Part shown: one piece after another, positions 1-12,010 of the stretch
Layout: each line of letters opens with the position of its first letter
Position numbering within the stretch: the stretch's first letter is position 1
Source: Raillietiella orientalis
Taxonomy: Eukaryota
NCBI GenBank assembly: GCA_036172245.1
Contig: JAYWIR010000014.1
Coordinates: 682,001-746,000 of the forward strand
DNA length: 64,000 nucleotides
Direction of reading: 5' to 3'
Notes under the pieces: generated by a model
Databases searched by the model: none
Told to the model about the DNA's origin: nothing
What the model saw: the letters and a program-made list of their open reading frames with translations, nothing else
Translations under genes and position numbers: made by a program

Positions 1-3000
1 AGAGTATTAAACACGCTCTGTCAAGCTCTGGAACGGCCCTGAGTCGACAAGTGTAGTATCCATCGCACCTCACCTACGAGGTCTGCTGTTTCCACGAAAG
101 GTTCGGTGTGGTAGAGAAGAGCAGCAACAAATACAATGACTCTGATCATCATAAGTATCGTGCAAGAGTTAGGTTCCCATGCTGGAGAATGGCCACATTT
201 GATCTGGGCAGTCCTTCCTCAGGTCCGAACTTCCGTGTTGTCCTAACCCAATTTCCGGCAACTTCTGTAGTTCTCCTTGGTATCTCGCATCTCTGAGTAT
301 AGTGTATCGATTTCTCGCGTTTCATCATAGAGCAAAACAACGATTCAGGTCAAGTGGAAACTTTCGAAGATTCTGGAGTTGAAACGGTGACTGCGAGTCT
401 ACAAGGTGTTGCTATTGTTTGAACGATGTTATCTGGAACTTAATCAAAAATCGCCTCAGAGGAATGGCAAAAATTCGCGTCATTATTAAAGTTTACATGA
501 CCACTTTTTCTGAGGCTAAAGGGGCATGAAAACAATCGGAAACCGAGCAGGTGAAGGTTGGCAGGAAACAGCGCTGTTTAGGGTCGACGTTGAATGAATT
601 TCCGACGTGATCAACCACCTGACTCTTTAAATTCCTCACATGTTATAGATGCCAACATGAGATGGTTAGCAGATCTGGTGAGGCAGAAATGAGTTCGAGG
701 CAGCTTGACAAAAGTCGATCAGGATGTGCACAAAGTCAGTCGGTTTAAGAAGGGCAGTCAGTGCATTTGGATATGTAATGCATCTGCTTTCTTTATGCTT
801 GCAAATTTCCTGCTTTGCAGAATTGGACGCAACTGAATCAAAGAGTGCAGAGTGGGCAGGCAAGGATTCACAGGTGCTACAAATGTGTCATGGAATGGCC
901 GAAGTAATTTTCTGATGTCTCTCCAGCTTTTAAAAAGCTCCCGCTCCTTGTCGATCAACATCCATTCCTCACTCCACCTTCCTTCTCTTTGTGGTCTAAG
1001 GGGTGATACGAGGAGCTGGGAGTTTCGTAGCAGACCCTGACCCTGTTAAATGTGTCTACTTCACTGGCATCATAAATTCATTCTGTATCTCATTTAATCT
1101 TGATTTTGAGGATCCAAGTTCCCAAATGCAGAATCCTCAATCTCAATCGGCATTTCAGGTATGTCATTTCACTGACTAATTCCTTTGGTTAGGAGTTTGG
1201 CAGATTTCGTCGGTTTTTGCATCCACATGAGGCATCTTTGTCTTGCACTTCCAGTTCGGCTGTCGACTCTTCAAACTTTTGCCGTCCGTTCAAGAAACCG
1301 TTTCTTGCTGGACATTTTCAGTTCAAATACTTCCCTGGAACCCTGAGAAGAAGGTTAGAACCAACTCCGATGTCAGAGAGTCATTTTTACATTCTTCTCT
1401 CTGTGAAGATGACCAATGAGGCTGCAGGCGTTCCAAGACGTGGAAATTTGGTGGAAATTTGCTAGCAACATTCCATCACACTGAGATCACTTTCCAACAA
1501 ACTGATTCTTCTGCAAAATTTCTCGCTTTGGAAATGGTGGACGTAATTCAATTCAAAATATCTAATGCTCCTTCCCTTCTTCGTCTTAGTTCGCGGTGTT
1601 GCAAACCAAGCAGAATGGTCCACAGGAGAACGAGTTGCTGCGTGTTTGGGTTGTCCTGGATCTTAGGATGAGCTCTAACATTGCCAAGCAGCCATGTAAG
1701 CCGACAGGAGGGACAAACAGAGATAAATCTGGGAAACCGGGAACGCTTTCATCAAAGAAATTAGAATGCACTTGGTGATCCCAAACCCTCTAGAAAGCCC
1801 TCCAAAGTTCCAAACCATGAGGGAACTTCAAAACCAGAACCCCGCGATGAAACAACAGCGTTCGCTGGTGAGGTAGTTGCTTTGCGCGGAGAGGCTAGCA
1901 TTCCAAGAGTAAGGGGGAACTATGGCATGGACGTTCCATCGGAACCGTATGCTGAGGACAAGTGACCTGGCTGAAAATCCATAGGCATAAGATTTAAGGC
2001 TGGTAACGAGGAAGCGCCGCAGTCTCGGACTTGGTTAGAGACTACCCTCGCACGGACGACACCTCGTGTTCCCTTGCCTCTTTCTCGCGCTGGACGAGTT
2101 ATGCGAGGGTCTGCGGGCGACTGCTAAACGAGATCGAAAGTGACGTCCGAAATTATGGCTAACCAGAAATGCGTTTCCTCTGCAACCCAAGGGAAGGGGA
2201 GCACTACCGCTTCAGAGAAACACCTTCCACCCAAACACGTCCATTCAGTTTGCCTTCTCGCAATCTGTGTTTGGTTCAAAATGAGTGGGAATGCCAAGTT
2301 CCCGTCTCCCGTTTCCTTGGTATCCTGTTCGATGATGCGTGCTGTCGCTTTTCGGAGAAGCGGAAGTGCATTTCCTGACAACCATCTGCTAGAGCGGAGA
2401 AGGGGCAGGTAAGTGGAATGTGTCAAGAAGAACTCCCAAAGGATTCTCCCTTCATCCTCCGTCCTGGCTCACTAAGAATCGGCAGATGCAGTTAGCGACA
2501 TGCGAAAAAGAACTGCAGCGGCGAAGGAAACTGAGGCAATTAGGTCATTGGGAGTGAGAGGACAAGGCGGTCTTTTGAGTTTCGCTTGGAGGAATGGTGG
2601 CAGCTCAAGCAGGTCTGAAACTGCTTCCTGTTGCCAGACACATTCTGGTCTGTCACGGTGCGAAAGGATTGACCCGAGGGAATCTCTCGTCTTCCATCGG
2701 AAGTTTACATGAGTCGGGTTTCCACCTGGCGGACACTCCCCCAAGTAAAAACGCTCCGTCGTCGTCCTCAGGGGCGTGACGGCGATCGCAAGAATCTCGG
2801 GATCGTTTCGTGGACCACGGCCAGCTAGATTGGTCACTTCCGATTGCTGCGAACCGGAGGGGGAGGGAACTCTCGCCTCCCTCGGAGAGCCTCTCCGATC
2901 ACCGCTTTGCTCATGGTTCGCTTACAACAAGGGAGATAATGACCAAGGCAATGCTAGCAGAAGTATGCGAGAGATCGCCCTCCACAGTCGATGGAATCAG

Positions 3001-4409
3001 CTGAGCACAAGGTGAAGGAGGTGCGAAGAGAGATACGTGCCGTGCGTCCTTCTTTCCTCAAAGGCTCCTCACCCTACTGGTTTGCCTTAGTGGGGTGAGA
3101 AGACCTTTGATAAAGAAGCATAGGGGGTACGAGAAAGACATGCATGCCAATAGATGTGCTGCCAGGCAACTCCGCACGCTGCAGAGGGAGGCATTTTCGA
3201 GATGGAGGAGCGCTCGAGCCCCGAAGTGGCTGGAATTCGCCCTCATTTTCGAAAAAGGGCAGTGCGAAGGCGGGACCGAGAGGGCTCTCCCGACTTGGTG
3301 ACGACACGTGGAAGAAAGGAGAAGAACCTGAAAATAGGAAGGGCGGGGTCCGATACAAAGCGGGGGAGGGAGAATCAAAGCACAGAGGGGAAGGGAGAAG
3401 GGAGAGGATGCACGCGAGAGAGTGCAGTGACCCGATGTCCGCGCGGATGAATCCAAGGGAAATCGTCAAGGACTAAGGGTTCCGGGACGTAGAATGCAGC
3501 AGTCAGTCGTGGCGAACTAGCAGGTCGCTCCATCCGAGATCAGATCTCGCAAGGCCGGTTACGAACCGCGGAAGAACCTGCGAGCGCCTCCGGGGCACAT
3601 TTTCCTGGAGACTTGAAGGGAGCGAAGACAGAGCACTGCCTCCAGGGGACCGAACCCAAGGCTGTGTGATCTGCGGAAGCGAGCTGCAGCATTCAAACGA
3701 GGTCGTGTACTGATGTCCCGTCATTGCTGGAGCCAAGTGCCGCGAGGCACCAAGAGGAGGACTTGACCGGTGCACGTGGTGAGATTAGGTGCGCGGCATG
3801 AGGAGCTCCACCAGGGGGAAGGAGGGTCGAGGGAGGAGAGCACATCTTCCGCGTGATTGGGGAGGGCTGGCAGCGAAGCAGAGGATCGGGAAGACTGCCT
3901 CGAGGCGGGGACGCGCCCCGGAGGAAGACATAAAGGAACCCCCGAACGACTGGCAAGTCCACGCGGGGGAGCATGTGCTCAAGTTTAGGAGAATCCCGAT
4001 CTCCATCTGGAGGAGAATCCCCTCCGAGAGGGGTAAAGGCGCGGCGCTTGGTTCCAGGGAAAGTCCACCCAAAGCGCGAAACCCTCGATCTATAAGGCAG
4101 CTGCGCAGGGAACCGACGTCCAGCAGAAGAAGCTTCTCTTCGAGGCCCATGAAAAAAGGTCCAGCAAAGTGGGCGGCCCGAGGTGGGGGAGGTCTCAAAC
4201 TGGAACGCGAGAGGAAGGCGAGTTGCTGGAACTCTGGATCGCGCTGCCGTTCCCTCCTGCCATAAGAGTGGGGAGCGGAGGGACAGCAGGTGGTCGGGGG
4301 GAGGGGAAGGAAGGGGAAAGACGCTGCAGAGGGAAGGCTCGAGGGGGCGGACAGGAGGCTTTGGTCAGAGGCATTGACTCAGACGATCTCAGTAGGAAGC
4401 GGTGCTTAC

Positions 4410-5651
4410 CCAGCTTGATCACTTTTTCATCCAGAGCGATCTTGTCTTCCTGTGCCTTCTTGAACAGTTCTTCGTCCAGGAGGCCGTCTTTCATTAGCAG
4501 TTGCTTCCCACTTTCTATCAGGTTCTGTTTGGCCTCCGGGTAGTCTGTCAGGGCATCCCAGAGGTCGTTCTTCGATAGACAGAAGAGGTCAGAGTAACCG
4601 ACGCTCCTGACGTTGGCCGTTCTCCGGTTCCCCGTCTTAGTGCCTGCGATGTTCAGCAGGCTGACCTCTCCGAACACGCTGCCTTCTCCCAGTGTCACGA
4701 ACACCTTTTTCCCGTCCTCGGAAACGACTTCCAGCTTCCCACTTTTGACGATGTACATTTCCTTCCCGACGTCTCCCTTCCTGCAGATGTAGTCGCCCGG
4801 ACTGAAGACCTGCAGCTTGAGCTTGAGGACGAGCTCTACCAGCAACCCGGGTTCGCAGTCTTTGAATATGGCCACACACTTGAGCGTGTCCAGGTGGACG
4901 TGGATCGCGATCTCAGCCTTGAGCTTGTCCGGAAGGTTAGCCAGGATGGTCTGCTCGTCCAGGGCCTGCTTGTGGGTGCTCAGGTAGTCGAACCAGATGA
5001 TGACCCGGTTTTGCAGATCCTTGGACACCTTGCGGAATTCCATGTATTGCTTAACGCTATCCATGCGGTTCTGGAACTCTGCCTTCGCGGCGTTCATGTT
5101 GGAGATCATGCTGCCGATGTTCCCAACGATCGTGGCGAAGATGAGCACCCCCATGAGGAAGTCCACGGTCACAAACACATACTCGACGTCTTCTTCCGGG
5201 GGGGGAGTTTCCCCTATCGTCGTCAGGGTCAGGGTAGACCAGTAAAAACTGTACACGTATTGGTGGGCGAGGGAGTAGTTCTCGGTCTCCCGATAGACCC
5301 ACTTGTCCGACCCGAACCCGATCTCGTAGCTGAGGGCGAAGTAGAAGCACGCGTTCCAGTGTATCAGAATCAGGATGACCAGCACCACCTTGCAGATGCG
5401 GAAGAAGTTCGGGAAGCTGGTGTGCGACTCGAGCTTGTTGAAGAATTCGTTCGCGCGGTAGATGCGGATGATTCGGTTGAGACGTACAATCACCGGGCAT
5501 GGCACCTTGTGCTCGCAGCTGGTTCCCAGCCAGATGTACAGGATGTCCGTGGGGATTATGCTGAGGACGTCCAGGAGGAAGTAAGTCGAGTGGATGTATC
5601 TCTGCCGCAGCTTCGTCTTGTCCTGTACCAGGATGCCTTCCTCAAGAAAGC
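4410..5651 (-). CDS. CngA: Cyclic nucleotide-gated cation channel alpha subunit, main exon (S3-S6, pore, C-linker, CNBD)
   Basis: Open frame [15 protein letters not shown]...[11 protein letters not shown]...HWNACFYF...[16 protein letters not shown] (pore)...[14 protein letters not shown]...[21 protein letters not shown]...[24 protein letters not shown] (phosphate-binding cassette)...LLMKDGLLD. It closely resembles insect CngA as I recall it. Acceptor tttccag ends at 5652; donor CTGG|GTAAG starts at 4409. Confidence 0.95.
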
Positions 5652-5700
5652 CTGGAAAGAGAAGCGTTCAGGATCGGCGTCCTCGACGGGGGTCACGAAC
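5652..5700 (-). other. 49-nt GT-AG intron of the CNG gene
   Basis: gttcgtgac...cttctctttccag; its removal restores the conserved GFLEEG motif. Confidence 0.9.
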
Positions 5701-5863
5701 CTTCGTGAGCCCTCACAAGCATGTCGAGCAGGTAGATGGCATCGCAAGCGTAATCAAGCAGAAGCCACGTGCGTGAGATGATGTTCTGCAGCTCCCAGAA
5801 AACGGCTCGCCCGATTATGATGTTGAGGTTGTACAGTACAGCCAGGGTGATCACCGCCAGCCA
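5701..5863 (-). CDS. CngA: CNG channel alpha subunit exon (S1-S2)
   Basis: WLAVITLAVLYNLNIIIGRAVFWELQN...WLLLDYACDAIYLLDMLVRAHEG. Acceptor tattccag|TGG and donor GAAG|GTTCGT. It splices in frame to the next exon, giving HEG|FLEEG. Confidence 0.92.
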
Positions 5864-6460
5864 CTGGAATACATCCATTCGCTGCGAAACTCTTCCTACA
5901 CGCCATTAGGATACGCGCCGCCCGGATGCACCCAACGCATTGGGTTGCCTCTTCCCTATCGCTTGTCCTAGAGGAACTCCTTCCTCGAAAAGTGCATTAA
6001 TTATACGCTACTCTTTGCTGACTCGTACAGATCAGGGTCTACTCTCAGGATGAAACAGAAACGAACCACTTGTTGGGCTCCGTATGGGAGACAACATCGC
6101 TGACCTTGAAGATCGCGACGAAACGTTCGAAGCATCTGAATCAGTTAGGCATGCACTGTTTTCCTGCTGCATCGCTACCGGCGGTACTCAACCCACAACA
6201 GCTTCTCCTCCCCATCTTTTGCTTTCACTTTTACGACAGAGAAAGAAATGGAACGGGATCTCAATCAGAATGAAGACCTCGGAGGCGAGCAGATGACAAG
6301 GAGCTTTGTGTGAAGGATGGTTGGTGATGGCTGTGAAAACTGATCCACAGCTCTTCGCACGGGGCTGATACGAACGCCGCCACCATTTTTTCCTTCACGC
6401 CCTACGGATCCGTGTCTGAAGGATCAGGCGCACAGACACTTTCAGCCACACTAAGGAAAG

Positions 6461-7097
6461 CAGGGCCGTCTCTAGACCTTTTTCTGCCCTAGGCAAAGTC
6501 ATATTCTAGCTCTCCCTATGCCTCATATTTCGAACATTGGGTTGTGTGAGTGGTAGTCTGAAGGAAACATATTATTTTCTGTATTGTAGTTATTAAACTA
6601 AGCAACATACAAAAAACGTATTTATTATTTATTAAAATTCCAGCTTTTATCTTTGCAAAAGCATCGACTGATTCTGACACATGGATTTGATTGGAGGTTT
6701 CGTGTGCCACGGGAAGGACTGTCCGATCGATCGTTCTTGTGCCACTGGTGCGTTTCGGTCTCGAAAAGCTTCTCTCACTAGATGCGACAAAAACTGGGAG
6801 AGTAAGCAGTACTCTCAGAGATGTATAGACATCAGGCACACCCCGACTACTTGTCTTTGCACATGCGATGCAAAGATTCTAATGCTGAGCGCGTCGTTCC
6901 CTGCCATCCTACCGGCTCTGTGGATGAGGAGCGCTGTCGAAAAATTCAGGAAGAAAAAGCTCCGAAACAACACGCTACTCTGCCAGATTTTATGCCCACA
7001 TTGCGCTTTTCGGAAATGTTTTCAGCTTCAGCGCCCCTTAAAATTTGGCTCCCTAGGTGACTGCCAAGGTTGCCTACTAGGCCTAGAACGGGTTCCG
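6461..7097 (-). mobile_element. Short non-autonomous hAT DNA transposon carrying a transposase C-terminal dimerisation-domain remnant
   Basis: ORF 6516-6839 contains PDVYTSLRVLLTLPVFVASSERSFS (hAT dimer motif). Left end cagggccgtctctag, degenerate right end ctagaacgggttccg, subterminal ccctagg motifs at both ends. Imperfect 8-bp TSD aaggaaag (6453-6460) / atggaagg (7098-7105). Confidence 0.75.
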
Positions 7098-7831
7098 ATG
7101 GAAGGCAAATACGAAAAGAACACGAAGGTTCTGTTACATGCTGTAAACATCAGAAAGGCACACATCACGTGCAAAGGACACGGGAACAGAAACGGGCAGG
7201 AAGGAAGGATAGGACAAGGGAAACGCACTCACAAAAAGGGGTGAAAATTTTTTTTGATCGTCTTCCCTTCATTAGAGAGGAATTAGTTACAGTCTGCGTT
7301 AAAAACGAAGCATCTGGGAAGATGCGTGCTTTTCCGGATGACAAAGAACCACCACATCCCAATGGAGAAATAAGATGAAGCAGGTGAAAAAATGACTGGG
7401 CTGGAAGGAAACGCGCGTGCAGTCCTCTATACGTACACGTACGGTTGTTTAGAGACAGTGGCACCGAAAACCCGATGAACAGCTCGGAGACTGTCTTTGA
7501 CAGAGGCGAGGATCCAATCGAAAACAGGAATCACACCTTTTGTTCACGAGTTCTGTGCTTTGGAATTGCTGCGAGTAACTACAAGAGCTCCTTTGTTAGT
7601 TCCCAGACATCTTGCATCGCTCGTTCATATTATTTTAGGCAGGCATTTTCGTCAACGTGTACGCGCATCAGACGCTTGCCTCCCTCGTACGATGCACAAT
7701 TTATCTGGTGGAGCAGGTTCTTGGTTCTGTATCTTCACTGCATCTGCGTAACGGCGAAGAACTCGCCTGTTCCCCCGTTGCATCGAATGATCACCGTCTT
7801 GCTTTCCGCATGTATCCTCAGGTCCTCAATA

Positions 7832-8364
7832 CGGTAGGTTGCCGTGTAACACGGAGGGATACGTTCCGCCTTTGACACGAATCCGGGTTACACGAGCCCT
7901 ACAGCTTATACATGGATAATATTTATAAAAGATGTAAGATGTATTTTAGACGTTGCGGCAGCAAAACGTCTATCATTTCACTTTGAAACCAAAAGAACAA
8001 AAAAGTAAAAGTGTTTCTTTACGGCTTGAGTTGAAGTCGAAAAAAAAAAAAAAAGAAGAAGCTTTTCGCGCTCCGTTGATATTTAATCAATTTTAAGTGT
8101 TTCCGTTATTCTCGTCGTTGTGAAAAAAAAACAAAACAAAACAGTATCTTGCGCAATGTTATTCGCGAAAATTGGGATTGAATAGAATCCAACCTACTTG
8201 AATCGCGCGTTCACATTCTTTCTGCAAACAGCCGAACTGACGCTGTGCCACAGAATGAAAATTTGTCCACAGCGTGGCACGGGGTTGGTTCGCCTTCGGC
8301 GTGCGAGCTCTGCCGCCATTTTTTCGTCGTGCTTCACGAAACCACGTTATAGGGAGGTTTGCTG
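7832..8364 (+). mobile_element. pogo/Tigger-like MITE, copy 1
   Basis: Starts TA|cggtaggttgccgtgtaacacggagggatacgttcc (Tigger/MER2-style end) and ends cacgttatagggaggtttgctg (degenerate TIR). 7844-8333 is nearly identical to the reverse complement of 34292-34779. Confidence 0.75.
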
Positions 8365-8749
8365 CGCTTCGAATTACCCGAAATTTTTCGTGGTCGTCGA
8401 ACTTGTTTTTGCTACCGCCGTCTTCACGGTGGTGGCTGCAGTGGTATTCTAACGGTCATCATCGCGAAGAGGAGGAAGGAGGGGAACGAGTACTTGCATA
8501 CTGCTGACTCAGCGCTGCTGCTGACTCAGCTCGTCGGGTAGACGGGTAGTTGCGGCTCTCATCGACTCGGTGAGGCTGACAACTTCGCTGCTGAGGATTG
8601 CTTCGAACTGTTGGCCTCTCCGGATCCGGAAGTGCAAGCTTCATCCCAAAGGACGTAGCGTTCGATAGTGAAAAAAGGGTTAGAAGCTTCCCCGGCTCAC
8701 GAGGATTTCATACCCAGGTCGACCGACAGAAAGAGGAACAAACCTGGCA

Positions 8750-9660
8750 GTGGACAGCGGGGAGGCACGCGTCCGGAAGAATTGCAGTAAAGTGCACGCT
8801 CGAGAGAGGAATATCCAAGGTCAGGTCTGCGGACTTCACATTCGGCAAGCCCAAATCATCAAGTTGGGAAAGCTTCTCCAGTCTGGGCGCAACTCTCACG
8901 CGGACATCCCTTCTTGCGGCACACCCCAGTCAAGGAAAGGCGATGTCTCGTTGGACAGCCTCGCGCTTAGGGGCATTTTCTAATCTACGCACCCATTCCT
9001 GCTACACGGCCTAACCCTCTGCCTGGGCACGCGTGGCTCACCAGGGACCGCACTCACCGCTTCTGCGGAAAGTGCGGAAGAATCGCTAGGTGCACCCGCC
9101 ACCCGGTGGGTGAGAAGCCAGGTGATGATAGCGGAGAGGCACGACCAGGGCTGGTGACCCCAAACGAAGGAGGCTGGGGGCTGACAGCGGAGAACCAGAG
9201 CATTCCGGGAACACATGCAAAGCTGCAGTCATGCCTGGCTGTCTCGAGGGGAGAAGGCGCGCTCATGCGAGACTCCGCTTGCCCTCATGAATCGCCACCA
9301 ACAGCGTTGGAGGAGACAAGGGAGGAGAAAGGGAGTAGATGTCGAGGACTGACTGTCTCCGCTTCATACCCAAAAGATTGCTCCTGTCGAAAGAGCAATG
9401 GTGGTAGGATGTCCGGGCCCTGGTGACCAAGTGATGAAATGTGGTAGGATGTCCGGACCCTGGTGACCAAGTGATGAAATGTGGTAGGATGTCCGGACCC
9501 TGGTGACCAAGTGATGAAATGTGAAGGGAATCGAAAATTGTCAAGAAACAGGCAAAGTATATCAGAAAAGAGGTGGTACGTTCCCATACACTGTTGCCGG
9601 GACGCACCCTGGAAGCATGGGATGGGTCTCCGCCTGCAATCTAAGAACATTTGAAAATCA
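8750..9660 (+). mobile_element. Highly decayed Ty3/Gypsy integrase relic
   Basis: Collinear, frameshifted motif ghosts: RNSHADIP (cf. RVHADFAGP), LHGL...GTALTASAE (cf. HGLP..SDNGTAFTSAE), FCGKCG...RHP (cf. FC..NGI.H..PYHP), TPLALMNR (cf. SPAELLMGR). Confidence 0.35.
9401..9523. repeat. Tandem repeat, 3 copies of a 40-bp unit
   Basis: gtggtaggatgtccggRccctggtgaccaagtgatgaaat at 9401, 9441 and 9481, with one mismatch among copies and no spacers. Confidence 0.97.
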
Positions 9661-10679
9661 CGAAAAGGGGAACGAACGGGCGAACAAGATGGAGAAACTG
9701 CTAATCTGTCTCCTCTGAGCCTCCCCCTTTGAGCAAGGTTTTCAGCCAGAGGGTACCCTGGCAAAGCAACGTGAACGGTTTTTCAAGAGAGCCACTGAAT
9801 CGGGCAAGGCAGATGTAAGAGCGGAAGGGATGCAGAGGATGCAAACGTTCGTTCTCTCTGTGCTTGAACTATGGAGCGGCGTCTTGACCCAGAAGGAAAC
9901 TCTTCTTCCGACAGACTCCCTTAGCGAGAGACCACCTGTGTCCTCAAGGGAAGCTTGGGGGTCGGTTCCTCTGTGGCATGTTGCGGGCAGAGGAATCAGA
10001 CGCCGCACCCAAAGAAGACGCGAGGACGCCTCGGGTTCCCTGGTCTCTAAACAACAGTTCCTCTTTGCGGGAAAGGACGAGAGGGATGTCGGAAGATCAC
10101 GAGCACTTGGATCTCGGTCATCTCGGGGGAAAGCGGCACGACGCTCCTCGGATGCTGGGGAAGCATGGAGAGAAAGACAGGAGGCAGAGGGGAGGAACCC
10201 GCGCGCCCAGCAAGGGGAAGACTGGATTTCGAAAAAGGGGAAGGTCAGCGCGTGTTGGTCGGGAATTCCCTAGAGAGCTCGAGCTGTTCCCACCGTACTT
10301 CTAGGGGATCACAGAAAGTAGGTCAAGTGCACAGGGAGGGAAGCATCACAAAGCGCATTTCCAGGTGAACGCTTCTCACCTGGAAAACGTGAGCGAGATG
10401 GGGAAACCCGTGGGTTCTCCTCCGCTTTTTTCCCACATAATGCCTGAGCTCATGCATTCGAGCGCGGGACTCCACCACAGAACAATAGCCTGAGGCCCCG
10501 CGGGAAGAGCGAAGACCACCTGAGCATTCTGGGAATCCACCGGACAGGGCCGCTTTCCCAGGATCCGCTCCTCTGTCCTCTGGGATAGCTGACGCATTCG
10601 CGTGAGAAAAAAAAAATACCGCGAGCAGACAGCAGAGGGCGCTCGCCAAGCGCCCAGATGAAGGCGTTCCGGCACTGAG

Positions 10680-11285
10680 GTGCCTTTCGTCGCATCCCAT
10701 CGGAAGGAAAGAGTCTGCGTGCGTACCGGCCAGGATAGAGGAACGTGCGCTGGTGCTACTACGCTTGGTTTGAAGGCTCCTGGATCCAGGAGCAGCCGGA
10801 AGATTGAAACCTCTGGACCGGTCCCCGGAGCTGAGGGGGAAGGGGGGGGGGCTTCAGGAGAAGTGGTTGGGTCGCGGTCCGGGAAGCCGTTCCGGTGCGG
10901 ACCAGTTCCTACGTTCTTTCCAGTTCCTTCCTCCCATGTGCTCGGCTGATGGGAAGAAGGGACGCTTTCCCTCCGAACACGAAATCCAAAGGAAGTTGCG
11001 GAAGGTGAAAGGGAAAGCTGATGTCATCTTATCGGATATGATCGTGATGAAGCCCGCCATCGATGATCGTGTCTGACTGTTGGTAAACAGGAAATGAAAG
11101 GGAGCAATCCAGCGCAGGTCCTTGAGGTCTTTTGCTTTTTTTTCTTGATCAAGAGGCTTCATCTACCTAAACATTCAGATGCCGGCAAACAGACTCTCGG
11201 TTTGCATCGCAAAATGCAGGTGCCCTGCTGGACCACTGGGAGGAAGGTTCTCTGGAGCACTTCGTTTCATCTCAGTAAGCGCTAG
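10680..11285 (+). pseudogene. Possible degenerate intronless FtsJ/RlmE/MRM2-like rRNA methyltransferase pseudogene
   Basis: Ordered fragments over three short ORFs: PFVASHRKE, KAPGSRS (cf. GAAPGSWS), GEVVG, KADVILSDM (cf. ADVILSDMAP), AQVL...FLIK. Confidence 0.35.
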
Positions 11286-11915
11286 CGAGGAAGAGCGAGG
11301 AAAAATCTTTTTGCACCCCGGCCTTGTTCGACCAGGCTCTCTCCTCTTCTGGATCCTCATTCCTGGAAGGAAGGGACGAAAAGGTCGACGTTCCTACTGG
11401 TTTCACTTCGAAGTGAATCTCGGGAGAAATCGGTTTTGTTTAGCAACGAGGCGTCCTGCAAGTCGCCGAGGTCTATCTTCGGAGCTCGTCGGGCGAATCT
11501 TGAAAGGAGATGGTGCTTGTTGCTCGTGCCGATGGACCAGGTGAGGTAAAGTGCAGGTGCTGTCCACCATCTGTGGATTCCATGGGGAGGCGGATCTTTG
11601 GCGGATGGGGATCGGAAAGAGGCAACCGAGGAGCGTGGATCCCTCTTCGCTGGAGGGGGGAGGGGAACGAGAAGCGAGCGTCCTGGAACCTTCTGAAATA
11701 ACCCGATGCTCCGGGTGAAGGGAAACGCAAGAGCGGCGCTCCATCATTCGGGCGGAACGGGAGAGCTCAGGAAGGGTCGCGATTATCCCTCCGAAGCGTT
11801 TGGGAATGCGGGGCACGGAAGCGCAAATCCTGCGTGTAAAAGAGGGAAGAAAACTTCGGGATGCGGTAGTTCCTTTCTCTCAGACCTTCCATCGCACTTC
11901 GGAGGAAAGAATCAC

Positions 11916-12010
11916 GCAAGGATGCCGGAGTCGCTGTTCGCACGCACTTGGACGGAAAGCAAAGGTCTACCGCCAAATATCACATGGGTTTGAGAGTCCC
12001 GCTCCTGCCA
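11916..12010 (+). pseudogene. tRNA-like (Leu/Ser-type) degenerate sequence
   Basis: 5' gcaaggatgccggagt and 3' gggtttgagagtcccgctcctgcca resemble tRNA ends with a partial acceptor stem. The T-loop and internal arms are broken. Confidence 0.2.

Noticed and set aside
758..1000. Possible hAT transposase fragment (EEW...LLRPF...PTL) on the minus strand
   Set aside because: The resemblance is too short, and no termini or other motifs support it.
340..2640. Candidate CNG terminal exons (QAKLKR near 2580; QTR near 1640; DNIVQT near 430)
   Set aside because: None combines a phase-1 acceptor with a convincing LQTRFARLL zipper motif.
4195..4409. Pro/Ser-rich C-terminal tail of the 436-aa ORF
   Set aside because: It follows a consensus GTAAG donor and loses CNG similarity, so it is most likely intron read-through.
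4894..5781. 295-aa plus-strand ORF
   Set aside because: Antisense shadow of the GC3-rich CNG coding sequence.
9401..9523. CRISPR-like array
   Set aside because: The units are contiguous with no unique spacers, there are no cas genes, and the context is eukaryotic.
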